A DNA stretch of 64,000 nucleotides from Catajapyx aquilonaris (lineage: Eukaryota): positions 186,001 through 250,000 of the forward strand of contig KZ538002.1 in NCBI GenBank assembly GCA_000934665.2, given 5' to 3'. A program made the position numbers and the translations under genes. Below the pieces are notes generated by a model that did not search any database, had not been told where the DNA came from, and saw only the letters and a list, made by a program, of their open reading frames with translations. Below are positions 53,201 through 64,000 of this stretch, one piece after another. Every line of letters starts with the position of its first letter. Within the stretch, counting starts at the first letter, position 1.

Positions 53201-56200
53201 GGAGGAGGAGGAGGAGGAGCAGGAAGAGGGAGGGAGATATAGAGGGAGGGGTGGATTTTGCTGACTGAGGTACAATGGTCCAACTGGCCCTAGAGATTCT
53301 CTTGGGGCGCAAAAGAGTCCAATCATATAAATCGGAACGTACAGGGTGAATCAGGCAGTACTTACCAACAGATTGCCCCGTAGTTGTCGCATTATTTCGT
53401 ACACAGCGTGTGTCCTTTAAACAAGTCGAAATAAATAAACATGGCAAAAATTCTGCTTGTCTCCAAGTGGCAATATTTGTAAAAGGCCGGCTTGGAAGGA
53501 TTCACCCGATCACCCTGTACATAACATTTATATAGGGGTTTGTTCCCGCGCGCTGTCAATCGATGAATCTGCATTAACATCTAAAAGAGATTGTAGTAAC
53601 GTACAATGCCGGGAGATTTAACCGTCATTGTATAGTTGCCGCGTATGGATAATACGATTGGCGTTATTCCGATGCTTTACACGCGGTTGCACATGTAGGG
53701 AATAAATGGGTAAAATGCATATGTAGTATAATATTGGGGGATAAAATAGTCCATTGACACAAAACATAGTAATGGAAAAGCATAAATGCATAATGAAAAG
53801 GCTGCTCACGGCTGGGGTATTATTTTATTATTGCTATCATCACATATTTTGCGGTGTTGGCTGCTGCCCGTGTATAGGATGAGTCATGTTTACCGTCTCT
53901 ACATAATGCGGTTTGTTTGTGTTGCTTCTTCACAGTCAGGGGGGTAAATACACTGGCTCTTTCCATTAAGTTCCACAAATTAATATCCCGCCGCATTGAA
54001 ACCGATCCATGGTTGCATGGCCACCACCTCCATGGCTATAGCCTCATTAGGATACCCACACCAACACGATTTTTTTACCGGTAGCCGGTTGGCCCAACAA
54101 TGCCATCTTACACCACCGCACCTAATAAAACCTTTCCTCGAGTTGACTGATTGCAAATAAATAAGTGAAAGGTGTAGCAAGGAGTGCAAGCAGCAGCCCC
54201 TTGATTTATGTTCGGGCTTTATACCAGAAGATATAGCCATGATCCGTCAAAAAGTGGTGTAACCTGAAGGCAGGGCCGTAAAACAGCAAGTTGGAGGAGA
54301 AGAACGGTAATCGAGCCTCCTACTTTGGCCCAAAACTTAATTAAGCACATAACGAATGAGGAGGGCTTGGCAAGTACGGGAGTTTAGATTCTTTCGGAGA
54401 CATTTTGCCGTAATAACACTGCTGAAAAATGTCGCCACGTACAGGGTGCTTGACAATCATTCAATTTGCTAACAGTCGCTGGAATTTCCTTCCTTGTGGA
54501 TGAGTGAGCGAGCGCATTTGTATTCGGAGGCCAGGCAATCATTTTGGGCGGTAGATAGCGCCATTATCGCTCTGGGCAGCCCGCGAAATTAGAACTGCGT
54601 ATTTACCCAATTTACCAGCTCTGGCTGCAAATGTCCATCTTTCATTTCTCCTTGGGCCGTCAGTCATCCGGCGCGACACATTTTCAATTACTGGCGGTAA
54701 TGTTTACCTCTGCATCACGGTTCTGTGAGGACAGTGTCAAATGCTGTTTGGGGAGTGGGGAGGACACCACCACCACTACCACCACCACCATGCTAGCTGG
54801 GTTGGGGGAAATCCAGTCCCTGAATTTGTAGGCAGCAGTAGTCATAAAGGTGTCCCACATGTGCACGTATGCCTCAAACCGTCTTCCTGCTGCCGGAAAT
54901 TTTTACTGCCTTCAAATTGGGGGGATATCACATGAAGACGGTCCCTCCCATAAAAATAAAATGTAAAAAGTCACCCCTTTCCGTCTGGGGAGAAAAGGGT
55001 GCCGACAAAAGCCTTGAAATGCAACAGATCGCCTTCATAAAGAGCACAATCCCAGACTTGTTCATTGGGACCCTTTTTATCAGTAATAAACCCGGCAGCT
55101 GGGTTCAAGTCGTTGGTTGGCTATGTGTGGAAACAAAAGCAAAGCGCAATGTTCATACGGCAGACAAAAAACACTGCTTTTCTGAACTTCATCCTCCAAT
55201 CCCTTTACGGCCCCTGATTTGGCTCGGCTTGAAAGGAACCGACGGAGATATTTAGACCAGTTATGCCGGTCTTATGAGTCTTGAGGACCTACACCGGAAG
55301 GTAAACAGTCGATATGGAGACCCATATGTGGGATCTACCATATGTTTCTGGCCCTGCCTGCATGGGGGTTCCAGTCTGTGTTTAAGACCACGGACCGCTA
55401 GAGGCTCTGCCATAACCACACTGGCCTTCTACTGCTGCCATCTTACCACAGAAACTACACGGTATCTTTCATCATCCAAATGTGAGGTTATAAGGTCGCA
55501 AATGTGCCGCACACGTGACCCTCCAAGTGGACATTGCACTGTGTGGTGATGAATATTCATCGGGGGCCTATAATTTTGTGCTCACATCCTGTTCACACTT
55601 GGTGCGTCATTCTGGGGCATGTCCCTGCGAAGGAATAATGCTGGGGAGTAAGTTGATTTAAAATTTCATTTTCTGCCTGGAAAGTGTGTGTAAGGGCACA
55701 TTTTAGCAGGGCATTAATTCAGTGCCTGTACACATATCGATATCGCAGAGGGTGCGAGTCGTCGAACTTGCTCTTCTATCAGGAATTAATGCCCAAATTT
55801 GGATATTTCAACAAAAAAAAGGTCCAGGCATTATTAGAGAATGTTTTTGTTGGCCATCTTTCCGCATCACCCTAGGATGCTAATTGCCCGCATTGTTGCC
55901 TGCAGTCCTTTTTTCTTGGGGGCAGCACAGTGGGGGAAGCGACATCGTCCAAAATTGCCTTCACATATTCCACCCATGCTGAGTATGCATGTGTGGAGCT
56001 GAGCAGAGAAAAGGAAGGGGCGGACCAACCCCTGGGTCCAAAAAAAAGGCATCCGAAATTTTGGATGCCATACCTAACTAGCGGCGTGTTGTAGGTACGA
56101 GGCATATATATGTATGTGTTGCAAAAAGCCATTCCCCAAACGCGAGACGACCCCCACGATCCGTTATTATGTGCCAAGCTCCCAAAGAACCACCACAAAG

Positions 56201-59200
56201 ACTAATTAACGAAATAATGTGCATATTTCGTTTCAACTTGCATCCCTACCCCCTTCCACTCCCCATTCCAGCTCCCCCGCCATACCCCCTCCGAAACATA
56301 ACAACCGGAAATTAGCCCAGGCCGCGACGTAGCCCGGGAATTAATTTCATACCTCTGTGACATTAGGATGATTTACTTCGCGAAACTCAGATGGCCGCAT
56401 CCGAAAATAACTCACTCCAAGTGACACCTCGCACCCCGCTAGCTTCTTGCGCTCTCGCTAATGTTCCGGGAGCGAGAGTTTTTTCACGCTCAGACAAAAA
56501 AAAACGGTAATTTCCTTGCCTAAGATTATATGCGGAGTTCTGTCAGGACTCCCAGAAGCAGGGCGGGAGGAAGAAATGCATGAGGCTATTGGAAGAACTT
56601 CAAATAAACGAAGCGAAGGAGCCGTTGAAGGGAATTGGGCCATTTGCACCTAAGGAAAGCAAATTTGGCAACAATTTTTTGCGCGCGGACGTTTGAGATG
56701 AAAATGGACAAAAAAAATATATTCCGAATATTGGGACCAGTTATTTATATGGGAGCTGTATTTTTATGATTGGGTACGATCCGATAGGTCATGGGAAAAA
56801 GTCAATGTAACTTCTGAATCTATACGTTAGCCATATTACCATAATCCATCCCACAGTAAATCGGCTTATGGAATACCCTGGGTTTTGGCAGGAGACAAAG
56901 AACGTTTTCTGCCGACTCTCCAACCTTTCCTTTTTTAAGGGCAGTCCCAAGTGACCCGAAATGGTCAAAACCCGGGCCTTGCTGGAGGGGGAAAAAAGGC
57001 AGAGGTCAGAAAAAGGTATTGCTAATTTTCACCTTTCCTATTGGGACGGTTTGGAAAAAAAATATTTCTTTCTTTGAACCGTTTTTTCCCCTCGGCTTTC
57101 TTGTCCCAGGCGCGTTGTTATTGTTGTTTGTGAAAAGAAAGTGAGTGAAAAGAAGGGGACAGTTGGGGAAAATGGTCAGGGAAAATTTTTATGTTTTCTA
57201 TGGGAGAACGAGCATTTTGAAAAGCAGCTGCGAAACCCGCGGCTTATTTTTTGTCTGTACATCGATCTGAATGATTCCATCCATTTAGAATCGCCGCTTG
57301 CCCGCCATCCCCCGAAATGATAAATCACTCTCCTCCCGCGACACAAGTTGAATACGCCAGCAGATATCAAAATTGCAAAATGAAAACGCGTCCAAAAAAC
57401 GCGGACAAAAGGAACGCCGTTTGAAGGACCATTCAGACATGTTTTTTTGTGTGTGAAAAGGTGAAATACGACTCGGTGTACATCCGGAATGTAGAATTCC
57501 GGAGTCTCCAAATTGCACTTCTGAACATGAGAGCTGTTGTGGGGTGGAAGAATTGTAGATTTGGATCCACTATAAAAAAGAGGGGACAAAGGACACAAAA
57601 GCTGACCCACGCCGAAGGGAATGAGTGAGGACTTTTCTCCCTATAGTTACATATGCGTCCCCCCGGATGACAACGCGAATCGCTAACCTGACCTGCTTCT
57701 TTTTTTATCCGCCATGATTTTTATTTTAAACAGGGGATCGAGCGCTTCACGCTCAGCTTGACAGTTTCACTAACGCCTTTGTCAATCGCTGAATGCGGAA
57801 TCGGGGGGTGTTGGGAGATGGCCGGTGTCAAATGCACTCGTTTTTAGCAGTCCCCCTCCAGCTTTATTTAATTTTTCGAAAGGGGGCGACAGACATGGCG
57901 TGTCCCACGTCAAGGCGAGTTTGGTGTCAAAGTGTCCTTGGACAAACACGATTTTTTAGTGGTCAAGAGTATGACTTTTCCCGAGTTGCAATTTCTGCCA
58001 TTTTGTGATCGGCAGACCCTGCAGCTGGCTCAAGATGGGTGTAAACATGTCAGGTACATTCGCAGTTGCTCCATACCTCTCCCAGAAGCATTAGCCCGGC
58101 AAAGAATCAACAACAATCCAAGTAGGGTGGCTGTTGGACTAGTCGAGCGGACACCAACAGGATTTCAGGGGGGATGGGGGAATGGAGTGTCCGGACCCTC
58201 CAGATGTCACCGGCTTTACATAATCCGGGTCGTCAGGTGAGGAGCGAAATTTGGTGCCGCTGGACCTAACCTTTCTCGGCTGGGACAAAACCGGACATCT
58301 AGGAGACAACTGGACTAGATACGGATCGGTGTTGGGGGGATACACACTTGGAGCACCTTTGTCCGGGCCGCTTCTTCGAGTTTTCTTTAGCCGACCTCGA
58401 GCACCCATCCAAGGGTGCAATGGAAACCCAAGCCAGTAATCCAAACCTCAAAAAAGTTGTGGCCCACCCCAGCTGCAAATCCGATTCCGCAAGTGAGTCG
58501 CGCATTCCTACTTGCCAAGAGGGCAAATCGACTAGCTATACTAGGGGAATTCCCAGCATCCCACCTCTTTCCGAATTCTCTACAAATACAGACAATTTCA
58601 CACTCGGTTCCTCTCATCCGAGGGGATTCAGTCGGAGAATCCCCCCCTTCCTCTCCCTCCCAGAGGGAGTAAGGAATCTCAGTAAGCAGCTTAGGAAAAG
58701 CGGAGAGGAGTGAGGGATGCAACAAGTGGGGGATGTCTATTGATCCAAACAGACAACTGTTAGAGAAGGCCCAGAGTGGGAATCTCTCTGTCCCGCGGTC
58801 CGAATGGTGCTGGTCATCTCCCCCATCCCACAGGAGCAACCCCTCGGATTACTGGACCAAGAGGGGATGACTTGGAAGAGACTGATTCAATCCGCCGCAG
58901 GGAAACCCAGGGGATTTCTGCAAGATGACTTTTGCGGTTACAAGGTGTGATGGATCACCGTGGCTTATTTTTTTTAAAAAGTAATGTACCGACATATTTC
59001 TTGCTGGTTTCAAGAGGGTTGAGATGTTAGGGTCAAAAATCCGGGGGCGCTCTTAGCAGCGATTGGAGACTGGCGTGAAAGTGGCGGGTCTCTCTCTTCA
59101 AGAGGGCCATGGAGGGTCCCTCGGAACAATTCACCAGATTCTCCACTTACTCCTCCAACAGAAGCCCCGTCATCAAAGCGAGGATCCAACACTCTCCAGT

Positions 59201-62200
59201 CATTTAACAAGACCCCTAGGGTTAGGCTTTCCTCATGTTCGCCTTGAAACATTGCCTCCTCTCCTAACCTAGACAGTGTCACACCTCATTTTTTTGTCCT
59301 CTCAGCAAACCGACACTGTACCCGATTGATTTCCTAACAAACAAGAAGTCATGGTGGTAGTTTTACCGCTAAAAAAATTAATCAAAAGTGAGGGTACGTC
59401 AACCCAATCCTACCCAGCCTCAAATCAGCAGCTGGGCAGAAAAGCGAGTGGGGGGTATTACAAGCTGCCAGGTTCCAAAAACCAAATCCTCTTATTTCGC
59501 TCTGTCAGACCAACGGCACGCCGCTCAATCCGCACCCTCCATGCCTCCCAAAAACCCAACGGTATCCCCTAGAGAACTGAAAAAAAGTGTCATCTTTTAG
59601 CACCGCAAAACCCCATTTCGACCCCTCCTAACAAGGACTGGGGGTCTTCTCTCACACCGTCGGCCGGACCCCCAAAGGAACGATAAAAGCAATGGGACGC
59701 TTTCTATCCGGGGCTACAAATGTCTCTGAAAGCTTTTTTTTCCCCAGTCTCTTAGCCGTCTGCATTTGGTTTCTTTCCAACGAAAATCATAGCCGACACT
59801 TCTTTCTTCCACTTTTTTTCTCTCTTTTTCTTTTCTGTGTAGAAGGGGGCTTAGAAAAACCGCCCCAAGTGGGAAGGAAGGAAGTTCTTCACACAAAGAC
59901 TGCATTTCTTTTTTGGCCCTCCCCAATTCTATCCATCCGGAGCCATTGCACCAAGAGACACCCAAATATCAGCTACTTTGCAGACCCTAGCCGCCTGCGG
60001 GACAGATAAGGCCGACAATACCCCCGCCGGGTTCAAGTGGGAAGAGGGTGGCTGCCATCTTTGTGTTTAAAAAAGAGGGAGCATTAATACCATCTGTACA
60101 CTCTTACCAAGCCATAGTGCACTATCTCTTCAAAAATTGAGACCATTTTCTCATGGGTGTCCGATAGATGGCAGGGCCTGTCAATGTCCTTTGTCTGAAT
60201 CGTACTAACCAGCCAGTACCTTTGGTTACAAACCGGCTGACATTTATAACACCGGGGGTCAATAGCTGGAAAATCCCACGGGTGGGGACTGCAGCTGACC
60301 TTTGGTCGCGTGTCGCTCTTTTATTATTTTCTCACTCTGTCTGGTCTCTGGGCAACCCCCCGGCCATCGAAAAAGAGCAGGGCTGATGGGGGAGAGAGAA
60401 ATGGGCTTGAAATCGGAGGGGCCAAAAAGCAGCCCTTTTTGAAGTAAATGAAAAGAGGGAAAGGGGGAGCAGAAGAGATGGTACATTGAGCCAGACAAGG
60501 GAATTATTTCCCTGGTACACCATCGGTCAGAAGCGTCCTCTTTTGTTGGCCAGCCCGGATCTGATACAGGCTCCTCTCCGGAGAGACCCCCGGATGGCCA
60601 CCATTTCCATCTTCCTTATTGCGCCAGATCAAAAAAGAGGGGGGCCAATTGAGCCCCGCCAACAATGGACACTGCGGCCAAAAGAGGCGATAAATGTAGC
60701 GGTCCGTTTTTTTGTGTCCAGGGAATGGTTTATTTCGGCTGGAATCGTACCACAAGGACGATTTCCCGGAAGCTGATGAGGGAGGGTAGGGGGTGCTTCC
60801 TAAAACGTGGTGGCTGTCCAATCAATTTGGCTATTGGTGAGAGGGTCCGAGGTGATACCATCGACCCACTTTCTTAGGGGGTTTGTCCGGGGGAGACTAA
60901 TAAAACTCAAGATGCCCTCAGACACGGGGGGGAGATAAGAATTTTTCAGCCTGGCATATTTTTGGAAGGACTATTGAGATTTATTAGGGGTAGACTACTC
61001 TTGACCTTCCTTGGAAGTTCTCAGTAACATTTTTTTTTCCAACAATGCCGGTTGCTAACAGAAGCATGGTATAGGCCTAATAAGGCAGATTCGGGAGTCT
61101 GATTTTTTTTCTTCCAAATAGGGTAAGGGGAGACCCTGAGCGATCTTGGGCACGAATTCGCCCTAAATCATTTCCCAAGTACGGAAAAGATATTATGGAG
61201 GCCACGTTTGGAGCCACCACATCTGGATGGAAGCACGAAAAAGAGTAGCTTATTGCATCAGGTCGTCGCAGCTGTGCTGTAGTTGATGCTTCCGGATTTT
61301 CTCCGCAAGATCATGCCTCTCATTATTATTATCGCGAAGAAAATGAGTCGTTCATGATGAAGATTTTTATTATCGATGACCAATCCGCCTCCAGGTAACA
61401 AACAAAAAACAAGAAAACTTATTACACTCCGCAATTTGAAAATTGAGATCCTTCGATTCAGGTAAGTTGATGAGTCAGCCCAAGGTTGTGCAACCTGTGG
61501 GAGACTTATGCCTCACCTTGCTTTACTCTGCACAGTCTCGTACCAGAATAACTTAGTAGCATTACAGGCAGACCAGGGCTTCATGAACGCTGATGTCATT
61601 TTTCCAGATTAATTCGGATGATTATGTTATTTTTAGTCGTGTATTTTGTCCTGGATGCTTTTATGGCAGTATACTTTTCTTCTAGATGTCCTAATGGTTG
61701 CGAGCCCTTTTTACCTTGCACCATTTAGTGCCCTCTCTTTCCTGTCCTCCCCCTAAGAATAAGCCGAAGACAGGCGTCCTTTCCCGTTGTCTCCGACCGC
61801 CGACGCGAAGAAGTAATCCCATTACGCCCATGGGCCCAAAAAGTAGAGGGAAGATAATAATTGTAGCCGTCTAAATGTCAACGGGCTTCTCGACTCTCTC
61901 CGCCTATGCTATGGAAGGAATGAGAACAAAAGGAAGAACAAAGGAGAACTTTTTCTTCCTTTTTTGGTTCGACTTAAGGTGGAATGGAGACTTCCTCCCC
62001 TGACTCAAAAAGGTCAGATGCCATCCCAAAAATATGGTACGGAATAGTCTGAAAAGAGGCCAACGAACCTGGTCATTAGGTGGGAGTATTTGTTGAAAAT
62101 GTGCGTAGTTGTGCGAGTATTTTGCGTAAAAGTGGAATAGAATGGTGGAGGTCCTGAGTGCAGATGCTTAATGAGAGGTGACCAAGACGCGTCTATGGGC

Positions 62201-64000
62201 CGCTATATGTAGGCAGCTGCTCCGCCAATCGTAACGCGTCCTTTTGGTGGCCGTCCGAATGGGCTCCGAGGCCTATTAAACCGGTGACTAACGAGCAATT
62301 AAAAGGCATGGGGGCTTACACTTTTGCGAGGGATAGACATATGACCGGGTTGGAGGCTATTTCCTGGGACCCCTTTTATTCGGAATGCTAGTCGCTCGGC
62401 CGGCCTGGGAAAACATAACATCGAATGAAAAGCCCAGCGGGCGATAGTTTAATGTCAGCAGAATAGTACTAAATAATAATTCTGAGAACAATAACGCGTC
62501 CCACCCATTAACCGGCCCGGGGTAATGGAGAATTTTAATAATTATGGCTTTTAATAGTTTCATGCTGTTTTATTTGCGTCTGCGTGAAATAAAAGGTTAG
62601 GAGTAAATCACCGGCGTTTATCGTCGCGATATTTTATGTCTAGGCCTACGTTGTTGGGCCCACGACCAACATAATATGGACCAAATGACCGGGTATCATG
62701 AATGATGGGGGAGGATTAGCCGGTTCCCATTTTTATGAATATTGTTACATAATAGCCTATGTATTCCATGGGCTCCCATGCGTGTTGTGGCATGTCCACT
62801 ATTATGCCATAAATATTATGTCCATTCGGAAGCCGTGATGCGTCCAATTTTCAGCTCGGAACCCTGCTAGGCACCAGACCTATACCATTCACACAGTTTA
62901 AGTCTCTTTATGCGGTGCCCAGCCCCATTGTTGCCCCAATTGTGGCACAGCTCACCTGGTCAAATCTGGCGCCAGGTGTGATCAATTCCTGCTAAAAAGT
63001 GCCGCCGTTTTTAAACATTTTTTAGCCTGTTGCTATATATGCTGCTGGTGTTCCCCCTCCCTCCCTCCCTCCCTCCTTCCATCCCTCCCTCCCCGCCTCT
63101 CCCCATCCAGCATACGCCGGCGTGTGGTAATTGCAGAGCCCGGAAGGTCTGCTTTTGTCCTAATAGCTACAAGAGGTAGTACAAGTGTAGTGCTTAATTC
63201 GTAAAGTGAGCTTGGCCCGCTCGGCTTTTACTGTCAATGCTGCTGGATGGGGAGCCGTATAAATGGCTAATGCGCCGGTAATTTACGGAGGAAGTTAGGT
63301 TAGAAACATTGCATTTCTGAAGCTTTCATATTTCATTAAGACTTCATTAGATTTCGATAAATTAATTATGACTTTTGATCGAGCTTTGCCACAATGTATT
63401 ATGAAAACTAAGCGCATTTCCAGGGGCCCCCTCCCACTCAAAAGCGAGCCGCCATCCGGAGTTAAGTACAGATGCGCGGGGAAATTAGCCTATATTAAGG
63501 AAGAAGGGGAAGGCGGGGTGGGAGGGAGCGGGGAGGGGGAAGGACCCAAAAGCACTGAATTCTCTACTTCAAAGGGTAATACTTTGCTTTGTAATTTCTA
63601 CCGAGTTCCAATTATATCAAAGATCAAGTTTTGTCCCGAATTTTAATAGGTAGCTTGAGTGTGGGCCGACAATGAAACTCTTGCGGTGTTGCAGACTTCA
63701 GGGGAGCCAAAGGAGTTTGAAATTTCCGGTACTTTGAGACCTGTTGTTCATCTTTCACTGTTGTGTTTTCCCCCTTCTTCCCCCTTATTCGCAAGGAGGG
63801 TAGAAGAATATCCCTAAAGTCGAGTTGGGAAACATTCCTAGTTCATTAAAACTCAAACCAAACGGGTCATGTCGTGTCGCCTAACTCACTTGATCAGGTT
63901 TCAAGCTATACTGACAGAAATGGTCTCAAAGGATACCTTCCAGGATTCATTTTGGGATGCACCATTGGTACTAGATTATTTTCTTAAGAATATCGATGAA
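38233..64000 (+). other. dac: dac intron following the DD1 exon (extends beyond window)
   Basis: GT donor at 38233. I found no downstream + strand segment encoding the expected continuation (R)PGRPPKR or the DD2 coiled coil. Confidence 0.75.
49743..49805. repeat. 26-27-bp tandem duplication (about 2.4 units)
   Basis: AGGTGATGTCCTCGGGGAGCTCGCTTC / AGGTGATATCCTCGGGGAGCGCGCTC / AGGTGATATC. Confidence 0.9.

Noticed and set aside
1..64000. Remaining 60-210-aa ORFs in the six-frame track
   Set aside because: No recognisable domains, many start at non-ATG codons or derive from microsatellites, N runs or repeats; consistent with random non-coding ORFs.

Overview
Eukaryotic (arthropod, most likely insect) genomic DNA, not prokaryotic: there is no operon, CRISPR array or defence system. 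The only convincing protein-coding sequence is the first coding exon of dachshund (dac; + strand, 37550-38232). It encodes a low-complexity Pro/Ser N-terminus and the Ski/Sno/Dac (DD1/DACHbox-N) domain, followed by an intron that appears to run past the window end (>25 kb). Upstream lie a tRNA-Ser(GCT) gene (- strand, 20819-20900) and a repeat-rich zone (about 1-33 kb). That zone holds three tRNA-derived SINE families, several hAT- and Tc1/mariner-type MITEs (some with intact TSDs), fold-back elements and microsatellites. Nearly all other ORFs in the track look spurious. I cannot support a wholly new biological system. The best leads are: modular SINEs whose different heads share a structurally conserved 3' tail, with a compensated hairpin in one family; a V-domain-like SINE; two adjacent perfect palindromes just upstream of the tRNA gene; enrichment of the palindrome TAGGCCTA; and an apparent lack of transposons around and inside dac. 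Family assignments are from memory of consensus motifs, not database searches.
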